A stretch of DNA of 64,000 bases from Gemmatimonadales bacterium. Lineage in GTDB: Bacteria > Gemmatimonadota > Gemmatimonadetes > Gemmatimonadales > GWC2-71-9. The DNA lies in the NCBI GenBank assembly GCA_041615815.1, contig JBFJCP010000022.1, forward strand, positions 1-64,000, read 5' to 3'. Both the position numbers and the translations under genes were made by a program. The notes below the pieces were generated by a model, which was given only the letters and a program-made list of their open reading frames with translations, was not told where the DNA came from and ran no database searches. Positions 19,564 to 29,672 of the stretch are shown here, in pieces (the stretch's first letter is position 1; every line of letters starts with the position of its first letter).

Positions 19564-20184
19564 ATGCCGGCCATGAACCGGCGCGAGGCGGTGCGGCTCT
19601 TGGGCGTCGCCCCCATAGTGGGAGCCATGGCCTGGACGGCCGCCGAGGTAGACGAAGCGTGGCGGCTGGTGGGCGGCGCGCGGCGCGCCGGTCAACTGGG
19701 GAGGGCTTTCCAGCCGCGGTTCTTCACAGCACACGAATGGGAAACAGTCCGCTTGCTCTGTGACATGATCCTCCCGCGTGATACGCGTTCGGGAAGCGCT
19801 ACGGACGCGGGGGTGCCCGAGTTCATCGATTTCCTGATGGCCGACGGCGACGACGAGCGCCGCCGAACGGCCATGCGCGGCGGGCTCGCCTGGGTGGACA
19901 CCCAGTGTCGTGAGCGGTTCGGGCAGGCGTTCGTGGACTGCACTGACCCCGAGCGGAAGATCCTGCTCGATCTCATCGCCTGGCCAGCTAAGTCGCCACC
20001 CGAGCTTTCTCACGGCGTGGAATTCTTCAACAGTTTTCGCAACCTGACCGCGAGTGGCTTCTGGTCGAGCAAGATGGGTGTCACGGATCTTCGCTACATG
20101 GGCAACACCGCCGTGCCCGAGTGGAGGGGCTGCCCGCAGGAGCAGCTCGACCGGCTCGGCATGCAGTATGACGAGGAGGACTAG
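19564..20184 (+). CDS. Gluconate 2-dehydrogenase subunit 3 family (Tat small subunit)
   Basis: NRREAV twin-arginine motif; ATDAGVPEFID, GFWSSKMG; follows the GMC gene. Confidence 0.87.
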   Translation: MPAMNRREAVRLLGVAPIVGAMAWTAAEVDEAWRLVGGARRAGQLGRAFQPRFFTAHEWETVRLLCDMILPRDTRSGSATDAGVPEFIDFLMADGDDERRRTAMRGGLAWVDTQCRERFGQAFVDCTDPERKILLDLIAWPAKSPPELSHGVEFFNSFRNLTASGFWSSKMGVTDLRYMGNTAVPEWRGCPQEQLDRLGMQYDEED

Positions 20185-20214
20185 TGGGGATGCACTGCAA
20201 CAGTACGGAGCGCC

Positions 20215-21465
20215 ATGACTGACAAACGGCTGGGCATCGGCTTCATCGGCAGCGGGTTCAACACGAAGTTTCACATCCAGGCGTTCACGGGCGTGCGCGA
20301 CGCAGACGTCCGAGGTGTATGGAGCCCGACTACGAAAAACGCAGACGAGACGGCCGCGTTTGCCCGCCGGCTGGGTGTGGGCGAGGCCAGGTCGTTCCGC
20401 TCGATTGGTGAAATGGTGGCGGATCCGTCCATTGATGCCGTCTGGCTGTGCGGTCCCAATCACGCGCGCATCGAGAACGTCGAGGAGATCGTCGAGACGG
20501 TGCAGCGAGGCGGCGGCGCGCTTCGGGGGATCGCCTGCGAGAAACCACTCGCCCGCAACGTCGTCGAGGCGACGAAGGTCGTGGAGCTCGTGAAAGGCGC
20601 CGGTATCGCGCACGGATACCTCGAGAACCAGCTCTTTGCTCCCGCCGTCACACGCGGCCGGCAGTTGATTTGGGCACGCGGCGCGGCGCTCACCGGCCGC
20701 CCGTACCTCGCGCGCGCGGCGGAAGAGCACAGCGGCCCCCACGCCCCCTGGTTCTGGCGCGGCAATCTCCAGGGTGGTGGTGTTCTCAATGACATGATGT
20801 GTCACTCGGCGGAGCTCGTGCGGTTTCTGTTGACCGAGCCGGGGGCGTCGCGAGCGTCGCTCGAGCCGAAACGCGTGACCGCGCACATCGCCAGTCTCAA
20901 GTGGTCGCGGCCGCAGTACGTGCAGCAGCTCAAAACCACGATGGGCAAAGACGTGGACTATGCGAAACGCCCCTCCGAAGACTTTGCGAGCGTCATGATC
21001 GAGTTTGAGACTCCAGACGGCCAGACGGCCCTTGGCGAGGCCACGACGTCGTGGAGCTTCGTGGGTGCCGGACTCAGGCTTTCCGCCGAGCTCTTGGGTC
21101 CCGAGTACTCGTTGGCGTGGAACACGCTCGACAGCCCACTCAAGCTCTTCTTCTCACGCGAGGTGCAAGGCGAGGCAGGAGAGGATCTGGTCGAGAAGCA
21201 AAACGCCGAGATGGGTCTCATGCCCGTCGTACCAGACGAGCCGGTGGCGTACGGCTATGAGGGCGAGGACCGACATTTCGCTCGGGCCTTCCTGGGCCTC
21301 GAGGAGCCACTGCTCACATTCGACGACGGACTCGAGGTGGTGCGAATCCTGATGACGGCCTACATGAGTGCGGAGCAGGGCCGGACGCTCGAGTTCCCGC
21401 CCAAAGGCCTCGACACGTTCGTCCCGGCCGTGGCCCAAGGGACGTGGTCGCCCACGCGAGGGTGA
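20215..21465 (+). CDS. Gfo/Idh/MocA family oxidoreductase (no signal peptide)
   Basis: GIGFIGSG, ACEKPLARN, GGGVLNDMMCH. Confidence 0.87.
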   Translation: MTDKRLGIGFIGSGFNTKFHIQAFTGVRDADVRGVWSPTTKNADETAAFARRLGVGEARSFRSIGEMVADPSIDAVWLCGPNHARIENVEEIVETVQRGGGALRGIACEKPLARNVVEATKVVELVKGAGIAHGYLENQLFAPAVTRGRQLIWARGAALTGRPYLARAAEEHSGPHAPWFWRGNLQGGGVLNDMMCHSAELVRFLLTEPGASRASLEPKRVTAHIASLKWSRPQYVQQLKTTMGKDVDYAKRPSEDFASVMIEFETPDGQTALGEATTSWSFVGAGLRLSAELLGPEYSLAWNTLDSPLKLFFSREVQGEAGEDLVEKQNAEMGLMPVVPDEPVAYGYEGEDRHFARAFLGLEEPLLTFDDGLEVVRILMTAYMSAEQGRTLEFPPKGLDTFVPAVAQGTWSPTRG

Positions 21466-21534
21466 CAGCCATCTGAAGTGTGATCCGTCGGGAGTCGCAA
21501 CCTGGCGGATCCTGTCGTGTCGCCCTCCCGCAGC

Positions 21535-22866
21535 TCACATCCATCCGGCCCGATAGGTGGGGCTCACCCAATCCTTTGGCACCGGCACGTTGGTCACCGT
21601 ACCACTCGTCGGGTCGATCTCGAGCACGCGGTTCATCCGCACGGCGAGGACGCCGAGGAGCACCATCTCGGTGAGGCCGCCCGCGTGGCCGTCGAACGGT
21701 GAGCCCGCAAGCGCGCTGCCCTTGCACGCCGCAATCCACTCTTCGTAGACGCCGTCCGAGCGTGGGTACTGCTCTGACGGGGGGCTCGCCATGAGGTCGG
21801 CGTGCCGCTGGCGATCGACGAGCCGGGGCTCCTCGCCGTAGATGCCGGCCAACAGCTTCCCGTCGTCGCCGATCCAGAGTTGGCCGCCGATCCCCTCCGT
21901 GGACCACGTCTCGTCCTCGTGCACCTCGGGTGGGATGGATGGCGCGAGGCTCCCGTCCCGCCATACCGCGCGCACCGCGGGCCGATTTCCCCTGGCCGGG
22001 AAGTGGTACACCACGCGGGATGCCGCGGGTGCGGTCTCGGAGTGGAGCGTCGTGGACTCGGGCTCGATTCGCTCCGGGTAGCCGAGGTCGAGCGTCCAGT
22101 AGGCGGCGTCCATCGAGTGGCAGGCAATGTCGCCCAGAGCGCCGGTGCCGAAGTCCCACCAGCCGCGCCAGCGGAACGGAGCATACGCCGGGTGATAGGG
22201 CCGCTCGGGTGCGGGTCCCAACCAGAGGTCCCAGTCGAGGTGCGGCGGAGCGTGGTGTGCCTCGGTAGGCCGGTCGAGTGCCTGCGGCCAGATGGGCCGG
22301 TTGGTCCAATAGTGCACCTCGCGCACCGTACCAATCGCGCCCGCCTCGACCCACTCGCGGATCTGGCGCGTGCCATCCCCGGCGTGGCCCTGGTTTCCCA
22401 TTTGGGTGGCGACCCCGGCCCGGCGCGCCGCCCCCCGAAGCGCCCGCACCTCTCCGATGGTTCGGGCCAGGGGCTTCTGACAGTAGACGGGCTTACCGAG
22501 CCTGAGCGCCAGGAGCGCCGCGGCCGCGTGCGTGTGGTCCGGCGTCGAGACGGTCACCGCGTCGATGTTGCGTCCCTCGCGCTCGAGCATCACGCGGAAG
22601 TCCCCATACCACTTGGCCCGCGGGAATTCCGCAACGGTCTCGGCCGCCCGCTCCTCGTCGACATCGCACAGCGCGTAAATGTTCTCGCCGCTCACCCCCC
22701 GCACGTCGCGGCCCCCCATCCCACCCACGCCGATGCAGGCGACGTTGAGCGTGTCGCTCGGTGCGCGGAACCCGCGGCCCAACACGTGGCGCGGCACGAG
22801 GGTGAACGCCAAGCCGGACGCGACGCCGCCAACAAATGTGCGCCGCGGAATATCGAGCGTCGCCAT
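21535..22866 (-). CDS. Tat-exported Gfo/Idh/MocA oxidoreductase
   Basis: PRRTFV Tat motif; ACIGVGGMG, STPDHTHA, YCQKPL, TQMGNQG, WDLWLGP, WRGWWDFGTGALGDIACH. Confidence 0.9.
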   Translation of the reverse strand: MATLDIPRRTFVGGVASGLAFTLVPRHVLGRGFRAPSDTLNVACIGVGGMGGRDVRGVSGENIYALCDVDEERAAETVAEFPRAKWYGDFRVMLEREGRNIDAVTVSTPDHTHAAAALLALRLGKPVYCQKPLARTIGEVRALRGAARRAGVATQMGNQGHAGDGTRQIREWVEAGAIGTVREVHYWTNRPIWPQALDRPTEAHHAPPHLDWDLWLGPAPERPYHPAYAPFRWRGWWDFGTGALGDIACHSMDAAYWTLDLGYPERIEPESTTLHSETAPAASRVVYHFPARGNRPAVRAVWRDGSLAPSIPPEVHEDETWSTEGIGGQLWIGDDGKLLAGIYGEEPRLVDRQRHADLMASPPSEQYPRSDGVYEEWIAACKGSALAGSPFDGHAGGLTEMVLLGVLAVRMNRVLEIDPTSGTVTNVPVPKDWVSPTYRAGWM

Positions 22867-22994
22867 GTGGTCTCTCCCCCTCGGCTCTATCCCGGGAAGA
22901 CGGTTAGTGGGATGGGCTACAGGCGGTAGACTAGAGGCGACCGGGAAGCTCCGCCGGTCGCCTGTCCATCGCCGGTATCCTGTTGTTTACGCCC

Positions 22995-24263
22995 CTACGT
23001 TGCTCCCGGCCCGGACTGGTCTTCCGCCCCCGCGACGGGCTCGGGATTCACGCGGTCGTAGAACAGCAGTCCGAATCCCACCATGACCAAGGCGGCAAAC
23101 GCGGCCGGGATGAACCAGAACTGTTGCCACTGCGGAAGGGTCAAGGCGGTGGCGTCGCCCAGGAAGCTGTTGAAAACGTTGCCGGCCACCTGCGCGCCGA
23201 TGAGCATTCCGATGCCGTAAGTGACCAGCACCAGCATCCCCTGCGCCTGTCCCCGGATGCCCGGTGTCGACTTCTTGTCCACGTAGATCTGTCCCGTCAC
23301 GAAGAAGAAGTCGTAACAGATGCCGTGCAGCAAGATGCCCACGATGATCATCCAGAAGAGGGCGCTCGGCGCACCGAGGGCAAACAGCACGTAGCGCAGC
23401 ACCCATGCGCCCATGCCGGACAGGAGCATCCACTTCACGCCCAGTCGCAGGAAGAACACCGGCATCAGGAGCATGAAGACGACCTCGGACATCTGCCCCA
23501 GCGTCTGCGTGCCGGCGATGTTCTGAAAGCCGGTCCCCTCGAGGAAGAGCTGCGTGAAGTTGTAGTAGGCGGCCAGCGGGATGGAGATGAGCAGTGAACT
23601 CACGAGGAACACGTAGAACGGCCCGCTGCCCAACTCCTTGAGGGCGTCCATACCGATGATGCTGCGGATGGAGACCGGTTTGCCGGCTGCCCGTGGCGGT
23701 GTGTGCGGCAGCGAGAAGCTATAGAGTCCCAAGAGAATGCTCGCCAGCGCCGCCGTGTAGATCGGCATGGGCGTTTGCTCCGGCAGGCGCCCGCCGCTCA
23801 CGAATGCTCGGAGGACGAAGCTGACAAAGAGCCCAGCGACGATCCACCCGATTGTCCCGAAGACGCGGATGAGCGGGAACTGCTTTTCCTGACTTTGGAT
23901 ATTGTGGAACGCAAGCGAGTTGGCCAGCCCCAGCGTGGGCATGTAACAGAGGTTGTACAGCAGGAGGAGCAGAATGAATGCTACGGGTGCCCCACTCAAC
24001 TGTGGTACCGCCAACATGACCAGGCCGCCGAGCACATGAAGCGAGCCCAGCACCTTCTCCGTCGCAAAATAGCGGTCGGCGATCAATCCGAGGAAGAATG
24101 GCGCAGCAATCGCGGCGATGGGGTTCACCGTGTACGGCCAGTGCGTCAGGTCGCCCATGCCCTCGGCGGTCATGTAGACGGCGACCGATGTGTACCACGC
24201 GCCCCAGATGAAAAACTGGAGAAACATCATGACGCTGAGTCTGCTGCCGAGGAAGCGGTTCAT
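22995..24263 (-). CDS. MFS permease, nucleoside:H+ symporter family (NupG/YegT-like)
   Basis: LSVMMFLQFFIWGAW, IADRYF, FPLIRVFGTIGW, LLHGICYDFFFV; multiple TM segments. Confidence 0.9.
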   Translation of the reverse strand: MNRFLGSRLSVMMFLQFFIWGAWYTSVAVYMTAEGMGDLTHWPYTVNPIAAIAAPFFLGLIADRYFATEKVLGSLHVLGGLVMLAVPQLSGAPVAFILLLLLYNLCYMPTLGLANSLAFHNIQSQEKQFPLIRVFGTIGWIVAGLFVSFVLRAFVSGGRLPEQTPMPIYTAALASILLGLYSFSLPHTPPRAAGKPVSIRSIIGMDALKELGSGPFYVFLVSSLLISIPLAAYYNFTQLFLEGTGFQNIAGTQTLGQMSEVVFMLLMPVFFLRLGVKWMLLSGMGAWVLRYVLFALGAPSALFWMIIVGILLHGICYDFFFVTGQIYVDKKSTPGIRGQAQGMLVLVTYGIGMLIGAQVAGNVFNSFLGDATALTLPQWQQFWFIPAAFAALVMVGFGLLFYDRVNPEPVAGAEDQSGPGAT

Positions 24264-24333
24264 GGTTGGCCGTCGCGATTGGTGGCCACAAAGTCGGAGG
24301 AGGGCACAGCCGAAGCGCTCGACCGGCCCGGCA

Positions 24334-25053
24334 TCATGGCAGCGTCCGGATCTTGATGTTGCGATACGCCACCGGGTCGTCGTGGTCCTGTAGCCCGATG
24401 TGGCCGTTGGCTGCGCGGCCGTACGACGGCCACTCGGCGAACTTGCTGTTTGTCACTCGCGCTTCCCACTCTGGGGTCCACAGCTCGTACTCCACCACCT
24501 TGACCCCGTTGAGCCAGTGCTCCACGTGGGCGCCGCGCGCGACGATCCGGGCCTCGTTCCACTCGCCCGCGGGCCGGACCACTCCACGCGGCGCGGGGTC
24601 GAGCCCATAGTTGGCGCCCGCCGAGGTCAGCGGTGACTGGCCGTCGGGGTGTCGCTCATCGTCCAACACCTGCATCTCTGGAGCCCCCTCGTAGATGCGA
24701 GGCACGTCTTCGGTGGCCCGAAAGAAGACCCCGCTGTTACCGGCGGGCCCGACCCGCCACTCGAGTGCCAGCTCGAAGTCGGCGAACTGGTCCACGGTGA
24801 TGATGTCCCCGCCGGGAGCGACCCGGGCGAGGGTGCCGTCCACCACCCGCCAGCCCTGCGGCATGTCAGTGGCACGGAAACCGCGCCACCCGTCGGTCGT
24901 CTGGCCGTCGAACAGCAGACGCCAACCCTCGGCGCGCTCCTCCGCTGTGAGTGTGTTCGTTGTGTCCTGCTCGATTTGACCCGATGCGGTGCACGCCGCG
25001 TGAGCGGTGAGGGCGAGGAGGAAGGGGACGAAGGGCATGGCTCGTCGGGTCAT
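24334..25053 (-). CDS. DUF1080 / 3-keto-disaccharide hydrolase family
   Basis: GWRLLFDG, GNSGVFF, EMQVLD, GEWN, HWLNG, GHIGLQDH, YRNIKIR; signal peptide. Confidence 0.92.
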   Translation of the reverse strand: MTRRAMPFVPFLLALTAHAACTASGQIEQDTTNTLTAEERAEGWRLLFDGQTTDGWRGFRATDMPQGWRVVDGTLARVAPGGDIITVDQFADFELALEWRVGPAGNSGVFFRATEDVPRIYEGAPEMQVLDDERHPDGQSPLTSAGANYGLDPAPRGVVRPAGEWNEARIVARGAHVEHWLNGVKVVEYELWTPEWEARVTNSKFAEWPSYGRAANGHIGLQDHDDPVAYRNIKIRTLP

Positions 25054-25123
25054 GCGAATCTCACGAGATGGGTGCCGGCCCAGAATATAGCCCTCGCCCA
25101 CCCCTCGCCGTAACTTTTTCTCC

Positions 25124-25945
25124 ATGCTCCCTCGCCGCGATTTTCTCGCGTGGCTCGGCGCGGCCATGGCCGTCATCGGGCGCCCGTGGCAGCTTGCCGC
25201 CGCGCCTCTCGAACGCGTCGGTATCCAACTCTACACGCTGCGCGGTCTCATGCAGCAGGATGTTGCGCGCACGCTCGCGGCGGTTGCCGAGATCGGATAT
25301 AGCGAGGTCGAGTTCGCCGGGTACTTCGATCACCCTCCCCAGCGGATACGGGAGCTGCTCGACGCGCACGGCCTACGGGCACCGGCGGCACATGTGGGGA
25401 TTCCCGAAGTGGGCGATGGGTGGGAGCGCGTGTTGGATACGGCCGAACAAATTGGGCATCGCTACGTTGTAACGCCATGGATTCCAAAGGAGCAGCGCAC
25501 GGCGGAGGGATACCAGCGCCTGGCGGAGTTGTTCAACCAGGCGGGCACGGCGGCGCGAGCCCGTGGGCTCACGTTCGCCTATCACAATCACGACTTCGAA
25601 TTCGCTCCGATGGGTGGCCGGGTCCCGTTCGATGTGCTGTTGGACGAGACCGATCCGGAGCTGGTGTGCTTCGAGCTGGACCTCTTCTGGGTGACGAAAG
25701 GGGGTTACGACCCCCTCGATTACATGGCCCGCCATCCCGGGAGGTTCCCGCTCGTCCACGTCAAGGACATGGCGGCGGACGGTGAAATGGTCGACGTGGG
25801 TCAGGGGCAGATCGATTTTGGCAGGATCTTCGCACGGGCGCGGCAGGCGGGAATCCGGCATTACTTCGTCGAGCACGACGACCCACCGGATCCAGTCGAG
25901 AGCGCGCGGCGGAGTTACGGCTATCTGCACCGCTTGCAGCCGTAG
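25124..25945 (+). CDS. Tat-exported sugar-phosphate isomerase/epimerase-type TIM barrel (AP_endonuc_2)
   Basis: PRRDFL Tat motif; GIQLYTLR, AYHNHDFEF, FELDLFW, HVKDM, YFVEHD. Confidence 0.9.
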   Translation: MLPRRDFLAWLGAAMAVIGRPWQLAAAPLERVGIQLYTLRGLMQQDVARTLAAVAEIGYSEVEFAGYFDHPPQRIRELLDAHGLRAPAAHVGIPEVGDGWERVLDTAEQIGHRYVVTPWIPKEQRTAEGYQRLAELFNQAGTAARARGLTFAYHNHDFEFAPMGGRVPFDVLLDETDPELVCFELDLFWVTKGGYDPLDYMARHPGRFPLVHVKDMAADGEMVDVGQGQIDFGRIFARARQAGIRHYFVEHDDPPDPVESARRSYGYLHRLQP

Positions 25946-26198
25946 GGACCTCGCGGCGCACCCCGGGAGGGTCCCAGTGCCGGTTGGAGCGGAACGCAAT
26001 GAGCTGTGGGGCACGCCTGCGCCGGCTCGTCACGCCGGATGGAAAAGATCGTTGCCCAGCTCAGCAACGGGAGATACAAGCTCGGGAGAGAAGACGGCAC
26101 AACGAGCGTGATTCCCGGCCTCCTCTGAAGGATTCCGCGCGCATTATGGCTACATGCGCGATCCCGGCAGGGGGTGCGGGAGCCCCTCGAGGCGATCC

Positions 26199-26226
26199 TT
26201 GACAGCGGCGGTCCCGGGTGGATCTT
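26199..26226 (+). promoter_or_regulatory. Possible sigma70-type promoter for the susC operon
   Basis: Perfect TTGACA at 26199-26204; weak -10 GATCTT 16 nt downstream. Confidence 0.3.
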
Positions 26227-26536
26227 TGCTGGAACCCTCACCTACAGCCATTTCCATTCAAGAGGATGATCCGTCCTCTCGAACAAGGGCTGGTTGTTGG
26301 TTTCTGTTGACGTAGGCGGGGCTGGGGACCGGGAATCCGCCAATCCCGGTGCTGACCGCCAAGAGGTAGGAATTGGGCGCGATCTACCGTCACAATCAGG
26401 CTCAGGGAACGACCGCCTTTTGGATGGGTGGGCGACCGTTCTTTCTGCTTTATGCACGCTGTCCGTCTGATTTCGCATCCTGACTTCCAACCCTCTGAAT
26501 CAAACGTTCCACTTTGTAACCGTGGAGGGCAGACGT

Positions 26537-29500
26537 ATGGTAATCGTCCGTAAGGTCAAATTCGCACTTCTGGGCAGCCTCTTGTGGGCGGGCCAGGTCG
26601 CGGCGCAGGGCCAGACCGGAAGCATCTCCGGCCAGGTCACTGACGCGACGACCATGGAAGCCGTGGCCGGTGCCGATGTCTCCGTCGAGGGGACGCGGCG
26701 CGGGACGGCCGCACGGCTCGATGGTTCGTTCATGCTCACCGGTGTGCCGGTGGGAACCCAGCGGGTGACGGCGCGCGTCATCGGGTACGCTCCCATGACG
26801 CAAGAGGTCGTCGTCAGGGCCGGGCAGACAACGACGGTCGAGTTCGCGCTCGTCCGTCAGGCCGTGGTGCTGGATGAGATCGTGGTCACCGGCTACGGCA
26901 GCCAGCGCCGCGTGGAGATCACCGGATCAGTTGCCTCGGTGAACGCGGATGAGGCCAACGTTGGCGTGGTGACCAACGCCGACCAGCTCATCCAGGGCCG
27001 GGTAGCCGGTGTGAACATCACGCAGAACAACGGCGAGCCGGGGGGCGGAGTGCAAATCCGGATCCGCGGTGGCACCTCCATCAGCGCCAGCAACGAGCCG
27101 CTGTACGTGGTGGACGGGGTCGCCCTCTCGGGTCAGGCGACCGAAGCGTCGGGGGAAGGCATCGGTGGTGAAGCTTCGTTGGCCCGCAACCCACTGAATC
27201 TCATCAACCCGAGCGACATCGAGTCCATCACGGTCCTCAAAGATGCCGCGGCCGCGGCTATCTACGGTGCCCGGGGCGCAAACGGCGTGGTTCTGATCGA
27301 GACGAAACAGGGCCAGCGGGACAGGATGACCTTCGAGTACGATGGCTACGTCTCGGTTTCGAACCGGGCGCGGTCGTTGAACCTGCTGTCGGGAGCCCAG
27401 TACCGGAGCTTCATTCAGGAACAGGTTACCCTGGGCAATCTGTCACCAACCTTCCTGGACGGGCTTGGGCCGGTCGACAACGATTGGGAGGCTGCGGTTA
27501 CCCGCAGCGCCGTAACCCACAACCACAACCTGTCCTTCTCAGGCGGCACGGCGTCCACGCAGTATCGCGCCTCCCTTGGCTACATGAATCAAGAAGGAGT
27601 GGCGATCAGTGACGGCCTCGAGCGCTTTCAGGCGCGGCTCAACGGCACGCACTACGCCTGGGACGACCGGCTGCAACTGCGCCTGAATCTCAACGCCTCA
27701 CATGTCCGCAACGACTACGTCCCGTTCCAAGATGGTGGGGGCTTCGAAGGAGCGGTGTTCCATAACATGGTCAGCTTCAACCCCACGCAGCCGGTCACGG
27801 TCCCTGATCCGGGAACGGGTCAAGACGTGTTCTACGAGCTCGGAACCGGCCGGCAGTCCGTGCGGAACCCCGTGGCGGTGGCAGAGCAAGTGCAAGACTT
27901 CGCCAACACAACCCGAACGCTTGGCAACGTCAGGGCACAGCTGGATATCGTGCCGGAGATGCTCAGGGGCCAAGTCATTGTGGGCGTGGACCGGAGCGAG
28001 AGCACGCGGCGTATCTATTTCCCCGCGAACAGTGCCGTCGGGGCGGAGTGGAACGGGCGAGCGTTCCAAAAGAGTCGCGAGCTCACGGGGGTGACGTTCC
28101 AGGGCCTCATGACCTTTAGCCACCGTTTCGGCGCGTCGCACGACGTCGAGGTCGTGGGCGGTTACGAGTGGGCTGAGTTTGACACCGACGAGTTCACGGC
28201 GGAGGCCCGCGATTTCCTCACCGACGCATTCAGCTTCGACAATCTGGCGGCTGGTGCTAATCTGCAAACTCCAACTTCCTTCAAGACAGAGAAGACCGGC
28301 ATCGGGCTCTTCTCCAGGGTCACGTACGGCTTCAACGACAAGTACTTCTTGACCGGCGTGATCCGGTACGACGGGTCGTCCGTGTTCGGAGCCGAGAACA
28401 AGTGGGGGGTGTTCCCCGCTATCTCTGCCTCGTGGCGGATCAGCGAAGAGGGCTTCATGCAGGACGCGCCGTTTTCGGAGCTGAAAATTCGCGCGGGCTT
28501 TGGCGTGCAGGGGAATGAGGCCGTACCTGCGTATGCATCCTTGCTTACGCTGGCGCCCAGTGACGGAGACAGCTACCCGTTCGGAGAGGAAAAGACGGTC
28601 GGTGTGGCGCCGACCCAGAATCCGAACGCGGATCTCAAGTGGGAGCGAACGTCGCAATGGAACGTGGCCGTCGACTACGGTTTCGCAGACAACAGGATCT
28701 CGGGCAGCTTGGAGTACTACGTCAAGAACACGTCCGACCTGCTGCTGCGGGTCCAGGTCCCACAGCCGGCGGTCCAGGCGGACCGGCTCGAGAACATCGG
28801 GAAGGTCCGCAACCAAGGCTTCGAGGCCAGCATCGATGCGTTGGTGGTCAACAAGTCCAATCTGACCTGGGAGGCCGGACTGGTGTTCGCGGCCGAGAAG
28901 AACGAAGTCAGGGACCTGGGTGGCCAGAGCTTCATCACGACCGCGTTCGTGAGCGGTCGTGGACAGACAGGACAGGTCTCCCAGCGCATCATCCCGGGCT
29001 TCGCGTTGGGGACGTTCTATGGGCCCGAGTTCGTGGGGGTCGACCCACAGACGGGCCAGCAATTGTTCAACGACTATGAGAACGGCGTCGTCGTGGGGCA
29101 GGTGACGGATCCGGACGCCGATGACTTTGTACCCATCGGCGATGCCAATCCCGACTTCACTGTGGGGTTGCGTAGCCAGATGACGTGGGGCCGGCTCGAC
29201 GCGAGCTTCCTCGTTCGCGCCAAGCAGGGCATGGATGTGTTCAACAACACCGCGCTCGTCTATGCGACGAAGAGCGCTGCGCTCCAGGGCACGAACTTCC
29301 TGGCGTCGGCGTTGACCGACGGGGTCGGGATCGACGAGCCGGCTATCTTCTCGTCCCGGTGGATCGAGGACGGATCGTTCATTCGCCTCGAGAATATCAC
29401 GGTCGGGTACACGTTCGATCTGCCGACCGCGCTCGGGGCCGGGCGCTCGGCGCGAGTCTACGCATCGGCGGACAACCTGTTCTTGATCACGGGCTACTCC

Positions 29501-29614
29501 GGCTATGATCCCGAAACGCATACCGACCGCGGCAACATCGGCGTGCGCGGGGTCGATTATCTTGCATATCCCCGGGGGCGCACGTTCACCACCGGCGTTC
29601 GGTTTGCGTTCTGA
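26537..29614 (+). CDS. susC: SusC/RagA family TonB-dependent outer membrane transporter
   Basis: Signal peptide, N-terminal carboxypeptidase-regulatory-like domain, LDEIVVTGYG, EPLYVVDG, INPSDIESITVLKDA..IYGARGANGVV, NADLKWE, C-terminal Phe. GGAGG RBS before ATG 26537. Confidence 0.95.
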   Translation: MVIVRKVKFALLGSLLWAGQVAAQGQTGSISGQVTDATTMEAVAGADVSVEGTRRGTAARLDGSFMLTGVPVGTQRVTARVIGYAPMTQEVVVRAGQTTTVEFALVRQAVVLDEIVVTGYGSQRRVEITGSVASVNADEANVGVVTNADQLIQGRVAGVNITQNNGEPGGGVQIRIRGGTSISASNEPLYVVDGVALSGQATEASGEGIGGEASLARNPLNLINPSDIESITVLKDAAAAAIYGARGANGVVLIETKQGQRDRMTFEYDGYVSVSNRARSLNLLSGAQYRSFIQEQVTLGNLSPTFLDGLGPVDNDWEAAVTRSAVTHNHNLSFSGGTASTQYRASLGYMNQEGVAISDGLERFQARLNGTHYAWDDRLQLRLNLNASHVRNDYVPFQDGGGFEGAVFHNMVSFNPTQPVTVPDPGTGQDVFYELGTGRQSVRNPVAVAEQVQDFANTTRTLGNVRAQLDIVPEMLRGQVIVGVDRSESTRRIYFPANSAVGAEWNGRAFQKSRELTGVTFQGLMTFSHRFGASHDVEVVGGYEWAEFDTDEFTAEARDFLTDAFSFDNLAAGANLQTPTSFKTEKTGIGLFSRVTYGFNDKYFLTGVIRYDGSSVFGAENKWGVFPAISASWRISEEGFMQDAPFSELKIRAGFGVQGNEAVPAYASLLTLAPSDGDSYPFGEEKTVGVAPTQNPNADLKWERTSQWNVAVDYGFADNRISGSLEYYVKNTSDLLLRVQVPQPAVQADRLENIGKVRNQGFEASIDALVVNKSNLTWEAGLVFAAEKNEVRDLGGQSFITTAFVSGRGQTGQVSQRIIPGFALGTFYGPEFVGVDPQTGQQLFNDYENGVVVGQVTDPDADDFVPIGDANPDFTVGLRSQMTWGRLDASFLVRAKQGMDVFNNTALVYATKSAALQGTNFLASALTDGVGIDEPAIFSSRWIEDGSFIRLENITVGYTFDLPTALGAGRSARVYASADNLFLITGYSGYDPETHTDRGNIGVRGVDYLAYPRGRTFTTGVRFAF

Positions 29615-29672
29615 TGCGGTGTGACGGCGGGATGGGTCGAGCCTTCAGCAACCACGTAACGGTTGAGATCTC

